NCBI GenBank assembly: GCA_042216995.1
Contig: JBDGTI010000045.1
Location: 223-56,724, forward strand
Reading direction: 5' to 3'
Length of the DNA: 56,502 nt
DNA from: Halodesulfurarchaeum sp.
Lineage (GTDB): Archaea > Halobacteriota > Halobacteria > Halobacteriales > Halobacteriaceae
The notes under the pieces were generated by a model, which saw nothing but the letters and a program-made list of their open reading frames with translations, ran no database searches and was not told where the DNA came from. The translations under genes were made by a program, and so were the position numbers. Below are positions 48,841-56,502 of this stretch, in pieces (the stretch's first letter is position 1; every line of letters starts with the position of its first letter).

Positions 48841-49881
48841 ATGGCCCGCGTATCAGTCCCGCGGGACGCGCTCAATCCCCCAGTCAAGCTCACCGAATAC
48901 GCCGACCTCCACGGGTGCTCCTGCAAGCTCGGGCAGAGCGACCTCCAGGGACTCCTCGCCGAGGTCGGTCTCGACACAGAGCGGGACGAGCTCCTCTTCG
49001 GGGTCGGCGAGGACGCCGGCGCCCGGAAGCTCACCGAGGACCTCGCAACCGTCTCGACCATCGATTACTTCACGCCGATCATCGACGATCCACACGAGTT
49101 CGGTCGCGTGGCCGTGACCAACGCCGCCAGCGATGCGTACGCGAAAGGCGCCACGGACGCGCTTTCCTTCCTGGTCGTGCTCGGCCTCCCGAAAGAACTC
49201 ACCGAGTACGCCAGTGCGGTTCTCTCGGGAATTGCCGACGGCGTCGAGGAGATGGACGGCGTCATCGTGGGCGGGCATACGATCATCAGCCCCTGGCCCA
49301 TCGCCGGCGCGGCCGTGAACGCCGTCGCTCCCCCCGATTCGCTCGTGACCACCCGGAACGCCGCGCCGGAGGACGTCCTCTACCTCACGAAACCCCTTGG
49401 CACCCAGCCGGCCATGGGGGCGCTGCGGGTCAAGGACGGCGAGTTCGGCGACCAGGTCAGGGCAGCGACCGACCGCGACGTCGAGACGATCGGACGGGAG
49501 GCCCTGGAGTGGATGAGTACGCCCAACCGCGAGGCGGCCCTGGCGTTCGAGTCGGGCCCGGTCACCGCCGCGACGGACATCACGGGCTTTGGCCTGCGGG
49601 GGCAGTCAGAACAGGTCGCCACACGCTCGGGCGTGGGTTTCGAGATCACCCACGTGCCAGTCATCGCCGGTACGGCCCCGCTCTCGGAACTGTTCGGCTA
49701 CGGCCTGCTCGACGGCGACAGCGCGGAGACCAGCGGTGGCCTTCTCGTATCGGTCGCGCCCGAGGGTACAGACGTCTTCGAGGAGTCCCTCGACGAACGG
49801 GACGTCTTCTACCGCGAAGTGGGCCGCGTCACGGACGGAAGCGGCGTCACGCTCGCCGATCCGACCGTCGAGGCGGTCTAG
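48841..49881 (+). CDS. selD: Selenide, water dikinase (Cys form)
   Basis: HGCSCKL, GEDAG, TIDYFTP, NAASDAYA, GGHT, LTKPLG, TDITGFGL, ETSGGLL. Confidence 0.93.
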   Translation: MARVSVPRDALNPPVKLTEYADLHGCSCKLGQSDLQGLLAEVGLDTERDELLFGVGEDAGARKLTEDLATVSTIDYFTPIIDDPHEFGRVAVTNAASDAYAKGATDALSFLVVLGLPKELTEYASAVLSGIADGVEEMDGVIVGGHTIISPWPIAGAAVNAVAPPDSLVTTRNAAPEDVLYLTKPLGTQPAMGALRVKDGEFGDQVRAATDRDVETIGREALEWMSTPNREAALAFESGPVTAATDITGFGLRGQSEQVATRSGVGFEITHVPVIAGTAPLSELFGYGLLDGDSAETSGGLLVSVAPEGTDVFEESLDERDVFYREVGRVTDGSGVTLADPTVEAV

Positions 49882-49882
49882 G

Positions 49883-51463
49883 TCAGGAGAGCCGCAACAC
49901 CGCTTCCAGGACGCCGCCGCCGAGGTCGAGGGCCTTATCGGAGATCTTCGAGGGATCGACCTCCTCGCCCCGCGGGTCGACGTCGCCCATCTTGGCGCCC
50001 TCCTCGACGTCGAGGCCCTCGTGGACCAGGCCCCGGACGATGCCGTCGATATCGGTCTCGACTGCCGTTTCGCCGACGTACCCAACGACGTCCCCGCTCT
50101 CGACGTGATCACCGATCTCGACGTCGGTCGTCCACGTGCCGGCCGTCGGGGCGCGGAGCACTCGTTCGGTGGTGAAGCCCCGGCGCTCGCCCGGGATCCC
50201 GTTGTACTCGGTGGCCGTCCCCTCATAATAGACCCGGCCGAGTTCGTGGCCCCGATCGGTCTCGACGACGGCGTCGACGTCCTCGCCGGCCTCGAACCCG
50301 GGACCGAGGCCCACCACGACGTCGGCGTCTTCGCGCCGGGTGCCGGTATCGAACTTGCCTTTGGCCATGATCGCGTCGACGAGGACCGCGGCACCGAGCT
50401 CGTCGGCGATTTCGGCGTCCGGATCCTCCACGACCGCTATGTCACCCTCCCGGAGTATCGTGACGGCCTCATCGGGGTCCGCGGCGCGGCGACCGGCGAC
50501 CCCCTCGATTTCGACCGTCTCTTCGTACATCGCTTCGGCGAACGCCACGGCGCGACGGACCGCTGTGGGCCGGGCCACGTCGGTGATGACGACCGGAAAT
50601 CCGGCCTGATGCAGGCGGTAGGCCACCCCCGATCCGAGGTCTCCCCCGCCTCGAATGACCACCAGATCGTCGAGTGAGAAGGCGGTCCCCCGCTCGCCGG
50701 AGGCATCAAAGAAGTCCATCTGGACCTCCGAGAGGATCGACAGGGCCAGGGCCGCCGGCGAACTCCCGCCCAGTTCGAGCCCGATCGGTGCCCGGACGGC
50801 GGCCAGGTCCGACTCGGAGTACCCCTTCTCGCGCAGTCCGTCGAGGACGTGTTCGGTCTTGGTCTCGCTGGCCACCAGTCCGACGTATCCCGCGCCACCG
50901 TCCAGGGCAGCCTGGACGGCGTTGCGGTCGTAGGCGTTGCTGCGCGTCGCCACGACGACCGCGGACTCCCGGGTCATCGGCTGGTCCAGGAGGTCGTCGT
51001 AGTAATCGCCCTGTATGACCGTGACGTCCTCCGGGAAATCGTCGGGATCGGCGTACTCTTCGCGGTCGTCGATCACGGTGACCGCATACTCCATCTCCCG
51101 GGCCAGGGACGCCAGCGACTCCCCGATGTGGCCCCCGCCGGCGATGAACAGGCGGCGATTGCCCCGGACCAGATCGATGAAGACGTCCATCTCGCCGCCA
51201 CAGACCATCCCCGTGTTCCCCTCGGGCCTGAGTTCGTAGGTCCGGATTCCCGGCTCGGCGTTCCCGGCGAGCACCTCCCGGGCCTCCTCGACGGCGAGGC
51301 TTTCGACCGTGCCGCCCCCGATCGTGCCGACCTCCTCCTCGGGGGCGACCGCCATGCGGGCTCCGACTTCCCGCGGGGCACTCCCCTCCTTGTCGACGAT
51401 GGTGAGGACGGCGACGGGTTCGCCGGTTGCCACCAGGTCCTCGATGTCCGCAAAGACTGTCAT
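49883..51463 (-). CDS. yqeB: XdhC/CoxF-YqeB fusion, Se-dependent Mo cofactor maturation protein
   Basis: XdhC-like N-half (GSAPRE, GTIGGG, MVCGG, APIGL); YqeB C-half (RGGGDLGSG, VDAIMAK, GLGPGF, ETDRGH.LG, GDVDPR, ISDKA). Confidence 0.9.
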   Translation of the reverse strand: MTVFADIEDLVATGEPVAVLTIVDKEGSAPREVGARMAVAPEEEVGTIGGGTVESLAVEEAREVLAGNAEPGIRTYELRPEGNTGMVCGGEMDVFIDLVRGNRRLFIAGGGHIGESLASLAREMEYAVTVIDDREEYADPDDFPEDVTVIQGDYYDDLLDQPMTRESAVVVATRSNAYDRNAVQAALDGGAGYVGLVASETKTEHVLDGLREKGYSESDLAAVRAPIGLELGGSSPAALALSILSEVQMDFFDASGERGTAFSLDDLVVIRGGGDLGSGVAYRLHQAGFPVVITDVARPTAVRRAVAFAEAMYEETVEIEGVAGRRAADPDEAVTILREGDIAVVEDPDAEIADELGAAVLVDAIMAKGKFDTGTRREDADVVVGLGPGFEAGEDVDAVVETDRGHELGRVYYEGTATEYNGIPGERRGFTTERVLRAPTAGTWTTDVEIGDHVESGDVVGYVGETAVETDIDGIVRGLVHEGLDVEEGAKMGDVDPRGEEVDPSKISDKALDLGGGVLEAVLRLS

Positions 51464-51598
51464 GGAGTCAATTACGGTCCGGCCAGCAAAATAGTTTCGG
51501 AGCTCGGCAACGCACTCCAAGATCGCGGGGATCGACACAATAATTTTAAGGAACTATCCACGAATTTCCAGTGTATTGGGCGACCCCCAGTGAGATCC

Positions 51599-52117
51599 AT
51601 GGAAATCGAACTCAGCGTCAACGGCCAGGAGCGGACATACGACGTGGCCAAGACCGACTCGTTGCTCGACGTCCTCCGACGCGATGGCTACACCGGCACG
51701 AACAAGTCCTGTGACACAGGCAGCTGTTCGATGTGTCGGGTGCTCGTCGACGGGGAACCGCGGGAGTCCTGCATCACGCCGGCCGTCCAGGCCGACGGCT
51801 TCGCGGTCGAGACCATCGAGGGCATCGGCAGTCAGGACGACCTCCACCCGGTCCAGCAGGCCTTCATCGACAACGCCGCGATGCAGTGTGGCTTCTGTAC
51901 CCCGGGAATGATCATGACCGCCGTCGGCCTGCTCCGGGAGACCCCCGACCCCTCACGCGAGGAGGTCCGGGAAACGATGGACGACGTGCTCTGTCGCTGT
52001 ACCGGCTATCAGAAGATCGTCGAGGCGGTCCTCGACGCCGCCGACCGCATGCAGGGACGGACCGTCGCCGCCGACGGCGGATCGGATCCGGTCGAGCCGA
52101 CCACCGAGGACCGCTGA
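51599..52117 (+). CDS. (2Fe-2S) small subunit of a Mo-hydroxylase (paralog 2)
   Basis: SCDTGSCSMC..C, QCGFCTPG, LCRCTG. Confidence 0.92.
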   Translation: MEIELSVNGQERTYDVAKTDSLLDVLRRDGYTGTNKSCDTGSCSMCRVLVDGEPRESCITPAVQADGFAVETIEGIGSQDDLHPVQQAFIDNAAMQCGFCTPGMIMTAVGLLRETPDPSREEVRETMDDVLCRCTGYQKIVEAVLDAADRMQGRTVAADGGSDPVEPTTEDR

Positions 52118-52130
52118 CCCACCACACCCA

Positions 52131-54536
52131 ATGAGCCAGAAACCAGCCACATCGACGGAATCGGAGGAATCGACCACGGACACTGACGTGACCGAGCGGG
52201 CCACCCCTGACTTCGAGGTCGTCTCCAGCGAGGTGCCCAAAGCCGACGCGGAGAAGTTCGTCACCGGGGACGCGAAGTACACTGCCGACTACGAGTACGA
52301 GTTCCAGACCCTCGCCCACGGGACGATCGTCCGGTCGGAGATCGCCCACGGGCGGGTGACCGACATCGACACCAGCGAGGCCGAGGCGATGGACGGCGTC
52401 CTGGCCGTGCTGACCCCCGACAGCGAGGAGATCCCCGACAAGCGCTACACCTCCGCCGGGCAGTCCTACATGGAACCCTCCCCCTACGACATGAAAGTCC
52501 TGCGGGAGAACGTCCGGTACGTGGGCGACCCGATCGCGGCCGTCGCCGCGACCGACCAGGAGACCGCCGAGCGGGCCGCCCGCCAGATCGACGTGGAGTA
52601 CGAGGAATACGAGCCGGTGTTGGACTTCACGCGGGCCATGGACGAGGACGCCCCCCAGCTGTTCGACCCCGAGGAGGTCGAGAACAAACAGCCGGGCCAC
52701 GACTACGAGCGCAACCGGGAGATGCACCTCGAGGGGGAGATCGGCGACGTCGAACGCGCCTTCGAGGCGGCCGCCGACCGCGAGGACGCGGTCGTGCTGG
52801 AAAACGAGTATCGCACCCAGTATCAGTCCCACGCGCTGCCCGAACCCCACACCACGATCGTCTACCGGAACGAGGACAACCGCTATCACGTGATCTCGAG
52901 CACGCAGGTGCCAAACCACGTGCGCCGGATGCTGGCCCAGCTCTTCGAGGTCCCCATCGGGGACGTCCGGGTCACGAAACCCGCCCTCGGCTGTGGCTTC
53001 GGCGGAAAGCAAACCCTGCTCCTCGAACCGGTCGTCTGGGCGCTGCACGAAGCAGCAGGGATGCCGGTCAAGGTCGAGGCCAGCAGACGCGAGGAGTTCC
53101 AGGCCATGCGGTTCCGGCGGGAGGCGTCCGTCGAGGTCAAATCCGCCGTGACAGACGACGGCGAGATACTGGCGACGGACTTCCAGACGCTTGCGAACTC
53201 CGGTGCGTACGGCCCACACGGGCTGACCGTGACCTCCTCGATCGGTACGAAGCCGCTCCCGCTCTATCCACACACGCCGAACATCCGCTTCGTCGCGGAC
53301 GCCGTGCACACGAACAAGCCCGTGCCGGGCGCCCAGCGAGGGTACGGCAACCCGCAGGGAATCTGGGCACTCGAGAGCCACATCACCGAACTGGCCCTCG
53401 CCGCCGACGTGGACCCCCTGGAGTTCCGCCAGCGCCACCACGTCCGCGAGGGCGACGAGAACGAGGTCCTGGGGATCACCGCCGGCGAGAGTTCGGCCCA
53501 GATCGTCCAGTCCTGCGGGCTCGAAGAGGCGATCGAACGCGGCAGGGAGGCCATCGGCTACGACGACGTCGAACAGCCCGCCGACCCCAGCAAGCACCGG
53601 GCGATCGGCGTCGCCCTGACCCGACAGGGCAGCGGCGTCGCGGGCGACGAACTCTCCGCGGCCCAGCTCAAGATGAACGAGGACGGCACGTTCATCCTCC
53701 AGACCGGCGCCGTCGACATCGGGTCGGGCGCCGACAGCGCGATGGCCAAGATCGCCGCCGAGGCCCTCGGCGTGACCCCAGATGACATCGTCGTCGAGTC
53801 CTCGGATACGGACACCACGCCCCACGACTACGGGACCTATGCCTCCTCGACGACCTACATCAGCGGGAACGCGGTCAAGAACGCCGCCGAGGACATCAAA
53901 GAGCGCATCACGTACTGGGCCAAGAAGCTCCTCGAAGCGCCGGAGGGCAACTTCGAGCTGAAAGACGGGAAGGTCATCAATACCGGCACCGGCGAGTCGG
54001 TCACCCTCGAGGAGATCGGATACGAGTCGATCTACGGCGAGGACGAACGCGAACACATCATGGGGCAGGGACACTTCTCGACGGACATCTCCCCCACTCC
54101 CTACGGCGTCCAGTTCGTCGACGTCACCGTCGACGAGGAGACCGGCGAGTACGAGATCAACAAGCTGGTCCAGGCCCTTGACGTCGGCACGGCCATCGAT
54201 CCACAGATGGTCGAAGGGCAGATGGAAGGCTCCCAGATGATGGCCCTCGAATACGCGACCGAGGAACTGCTGACCTTCGACGAAGACGGAACTCCCGAGG
54301 TCCAGGGGTATCGGGACTACGGCCACCCGCGGGTGACGGACATGCCGGAGATGGAGTCGATCCTGGTCGAACCCCACGACCCGACCGGGCCCTTCGGTGC
54401 CAAGTCGGTCGGCGAAGTTCCGGTGAACCCGCTGCCGCCGGCCCTCGCGAACGGCATCCGGCGGGCCGTCGGGGTCAGGATCACTGACCTCCCGATCACC
54501 GCGGAGAAGATCAAGGCCAAACTGGCCGAACAGTAA
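52131..54536 (+). CDS. Xanthine dehydrogenase-family Mo-binding subunit, XdhD-like (paralog 2)
   Basis: STQVP, GCGFGGKQ, NSGAYGPH, RGYGNPQG, GTYASSTT, GPFGAKSVGE. Confidence 0.9.
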   Translation: MSQKPATSTESEESTTDTDVTERATPDFEVVSSEVPKADAEKFVTGDAKYTADYEYEFQTLAHGTIVRSEIAHGRVTDIDTSEAEAMDGVLAVLTPDSEEIPDKRYTSAGQSYMEPSPYDMKVLRENVRYVGDPIAAVAATDQETAERAARQIDVEYEEYEPVLDFTRAMDEDAPQLFDPEEVENKQPGHDYERNREMHLEGEIGDVERAFEAAADREDAVVLENEYRTQYQSHALPEPHTTIVYRNEDNRYHVISSTQVPNHVRRMLAQLFEVPIGDVRVTKPALGCGFGGKQTLLLEPVVWALHEAAGMPVKVEASRREEFQAMRFRREASVEVKSAVTDDGEILATDFQTLANSGAYGPHGLTVTSSIGTKPLPLYPHTPNIRFVADAVHTNKPVPGAQRGYGNPQGIWALESHITELALAADVDPLEFRQRHHVREGDENEVLGITAGESSAQIVQSCGLEEAIERGREAIGYDDVEQPADPSKHRAIGVALTRQGSGVAGDELSAAQLKMNEDGTFILQTGAVDIGSGADSAMAKIAAEALGVTPDDIVVESSDTDTTPHDYGTYASSTTYISGNAVKNAAEDIKERITYWAKKLLEAPEGNFELKDGKVINTGTGESVTLEEIGYESIYGEDEREHIMGQGHFSTDISPTPYGVQFVDVTVDEETGEYEINKLVQALDVGTAIDPQMVEGQMEGSQMMALEYATEELLTFDEDGTPEVQGYRDYGHPRVTDMPEMESILVEPHDPTGPFGAKSVGEVPVNPLPPALANGIRRAVGVRITDLPITAEKIKAKLAEQ

Positions 54537-54543
54537 CCAGCCG

Positions 54544-54570
54544 AAACCCGCCCCCGACGTTCGGGTTTTT
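54544..54570. terminator. Hairpin plus T-tract between convergent genes
   Basis: AAACCCG-(11 nt)-CGGGTTTTT. Confidence 0.4.
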
Positions 54571-54588
54571 GATAGGCGATCGATCCGA

Positions 54589-55941
54589 TCAGCCGTCGCG
54601 CCGTTCGAGGACCCGACGGGTCGCCCGTTCGTGTCTCTCGAGCAGATCCGCCCGGTCGGCCGGGAGGAACTCCCCGTGGCGGACGATCCACTCCCCATCG
54701 ACCATCACGTCGCTGACGTCGGCGGCCTGGGCCGCGTGGACGACGTTCGGGACGAGGTTCCGGTAGCCGCCCGGACTCGGATCCTGCAACACCGGACTCA
54801 TGTGGAATTTCTCCAGGTCCAGGAACGTCAGGTCGGCCCGTTTGCCCGGTTCGATCGAGCCGATCTCCTCCTCGAGGCCCAGCGCCCGGGCACCCCCGAT
54901 CGTGCCCATCCGAAGGGCCTGTTCGGCGGGGATCGCGGTGGCGTCCAGGGTGTGGACCTTCTGGAGCAGCGCCGCCTGTTTCATCTCCTGGATGACGTCG
55001 ATCCGGTTGTTCTCCTTGATTCCGTCGCCGCCGACCCCGACCGCGACGCCCCGCTCGAGGAGGTCGGGGACCGGGGCCACCCCCGAGGCCAACTTCATGT
55101 TGCTCACGGGGCAGTGGGCCACCCCCGTATTCGTCTCCGCGATCAGGGCCCGCTCTTCGGGCTCGAGCCAGACGACGTGTGCCAGCACGGTGTCCGGGCC
55201 CAGGATACCGCGCTCGTGAAGTTCGGCGATCGGCGGCTGGCCGTACTCCTCGGTCAGTTGCTCGTGCATCTCGCGGGACTCCTCCCCGTGGGTGTGAATT
55301 CCGACGCCCGCGGGGGCGTCCTCGGCGTATTCGGCGACCCGGTCGTAGGCCTCCTCGGAAGCGTAGGTGAGGTGTTCGAGACCGTACCAGACCCGGATCC
55401 GCCCGTCAGCGTCGCCGTGGCGCTCCTCGACGAGTCGGCGGTTGGCCTCCAGGGTCTCGAAATACTCGTACTCGTCGGCCACGTACGGCGCGAGGGTCAC
55501 CCGGAGCCCGTACTCCTCGGCGACGTCTGCGGCCTCACCCATGAACCGATACATGTCCAGAGCGGTCGTGATACCGGCCCGGGCCATCTCGGCGTAGGCG
55601 AGTTCGTAGGCGACCCGGGCCTCCTCCCGACGGAGGGCCTCGTGGGTCGGATCGACGTGTTCGGTCAACCACTCGAAGACCGGCATGTCCTCGGCCAGCC
55701 CCCGGATGAAACCGCTGTGGAGGTGCAGGTCGACGAGGCCCGGGAGGATCGCCTTCCCGCTCGCGTCGACCCGGCGGTCGACCCGGCGAGTGGCTTCGAT
55801 GTCGGCGGGATCACCGGCGGCGGTGATCGCCCCGTCAGCGACGAGTACCGCCCCATCCGTGAGCACCCGGTTCTCCTCGTCGACCGTGATCACGATCCCG
55901 TTCTCGAGGAGCAGCGTCTCCGCGTCGGCGTCGACCGTCAT
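54589..55941 (-). CDS. Amidohydrolase, purine/nucleoside deaminase family
   Basis: PGLVDLHLH, HTHGEE, LAHVVW, HCPVSNMKLASG, GGDG. Confidence 0.85.
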   Translation of the reverse strand: MTVDADAETLLLENGIVITVDEENRVLTDGAVLVADGAITAAGDPADIEATRRVDRRVDASGKAILPGLVDLHLHSGFIRGLAEDMPVFEWLTEHVDPTHEALRREEARVAYELAYAEMARAGITTALDMYRFMGEAADVAEEYGLRVTLAPYVADEYEYFETLEANRRLVEERHGDADGRIRVWYGLEHLTYASEEAYDRVAEYAEDAPAGVGIHTHGEESREMHEQLTEEYGQPPIAELHERGILGPDTVLAHVVWLEPEERALIAETNTGVAHCPVSNMKLASGVAPVPDLLERGVAVGVGGDGIKENNRIDVIQEMKQAALLQKVHTLDATAIPAEQALRMGTIGGARALGLEEEIGSIEPGKRADLTFLDLEKFHMSPVLQDPSPGGYRNLVPNVVHAAQAADVSDVMVDGEWIVRHGEFLPADRADLLERHERATRRVLERRDG

Positions 55942-56037
55942 CGGTCGCTCCACCCCAGCGACATCGTCACGTGGTAGTCCATCACGACCTCCCGTTTACG
56001 GCCGATCAATAAAGCGCTTTGGTGGGGACGGTCCCCG

Positions 56038-56502
56038 TTAGGGAACTTCGCCCTCGACGTTCTGCGCGTAGGTCGCCATCTCGCTGAAGAGGTAGGTGTC
56101 ACTCTCGCCCTCGAACATCGAGCCCTCCCACACCGTCGTCTCGCCGTCGATGATTGCCTGTCGCTTGGATGCGACTTCGTCCTTCACCGAGGAGGGGACC
56201 TGTGGGCCCCACTCGGCGATGTCGACCAGGCCCCGGTCCATGCCCCACCAGTCGAAGTCCGGATCCCAGTTGCCAGCCCGGACGGTCTTCAGTTCGGGCG
56301 GATAGAAGCTATCCCAGTACCAGATCGGCGAGGTCAGGAAGTTGTCACCGCCCTGTTGTCGCATCGGGGAGTAGAGGCCCAGCCCCCAGACCCCGCGTTC
56401 GTTCGCCGTCTCGAGTGTCGCCGCGGAGTTCATCGAGTCGGCGATGACGTCCGCGCCGGCGTCGATGAGCGCGTTGGCCGCGTTGCTGGACTTGGCCGGA
56501 TC
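56038..56502 (-). CDS. Second BMP-family substrate-binding protein (3' part; starts outside the window)
   Basis: Clear paralog of 11366-12520: ALIDAGADV, YSPM..GG...TSP.W.W..FY, WGPQVP, FEG.S. Confidence 0.85.
   Translation of the reverse strand, partial: DPAKSSNAANALIDAGADVIADSMNSAATLETANERGVWGLGLYSPMRQQGGDNFLTSPIWYWDSFYPPELKTVRAGNWDPDFDWWGMDRGLVDIAEWGPQVPSSVKDEVASKRQAIIDGETTVWEGSMFEGESDTYLFSEMATYAQNVEGEVP

Noticed and set aside
48910-48927. Selenocysteine (UGA) in SelD or other cluster proteins
   Set aside because: The active-site codons are TGC (HGCSCK). No recognised gene appears truncated at an in-frame TGA.
45306-54536. Aerobic Mo-Cu CO dehydrogenase (CoxL)
   Set aside because: The active-site loop is AQRGYG rather than AYxCSFR; the motifs match XdhD and the context is purine/selenium.
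51912-54698. Long antisense ORFs (928 aa here; also 44904-47003, 32263-34461, 36738-38741, 9239-11095)
   Set aside because: Shadow frames of high-GC genes with no motifs, opposite well-supported CDSs.
1-56502. tRNA, rRNA, SRP or RNase P RNA genes
   Set aside because: None recognised by eye in the intergenic regions; a covariance-model search would be needed to exclude them.

Overview
High-GC DNA encoding acidic proteins, typical of a haloarchaeon (MC1, S17e, Sph/RdfA, Tat lipoproteins). The organism is probably an anaerobe or facultative anaerobe (inference). The left end has a complete Ni,Fe-CO dehydrogenase (cooS). Downstream of it is an unannotated His-rich CxxC protein that runs off the window, and upstream are two short IS200/IS605-end-like hairpins flanking an orphan ORF. 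From ~9.6 kb to the end is a ~47 kb purine-catabolism supercluster. It holds purine/nucleoside uptake (BMP-ABC, NCS2, a second BMP), several deaminases, and homologues of the bacterial anaerobic urate/2,8-dioxopurine pathway (XdhD x2, SsnA, HyuA-like, YgeW-like, YgeY, carbamate kinase). It also holds the selenium-dependent Mo-hydroxylase maturation set (SelD, YqeB, YqeC, TusA, MocA, MoeA) and a DsrEFH-like relay. No YgfK, FAD subunit or YgeX is present in the window. Instead there is a luciferase-like (Mer-like) reductase, interleaved F420 genes (cofE, cofG, cofH, a RimK/CofF-like ligase, F420:NADP reductase) and two fold-type-II PLP enzymes. This suggests an archaeal, F420-dependent variant of reductive purine degradation. 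All family assignments come from motif recognition by eye; no database searches were run.
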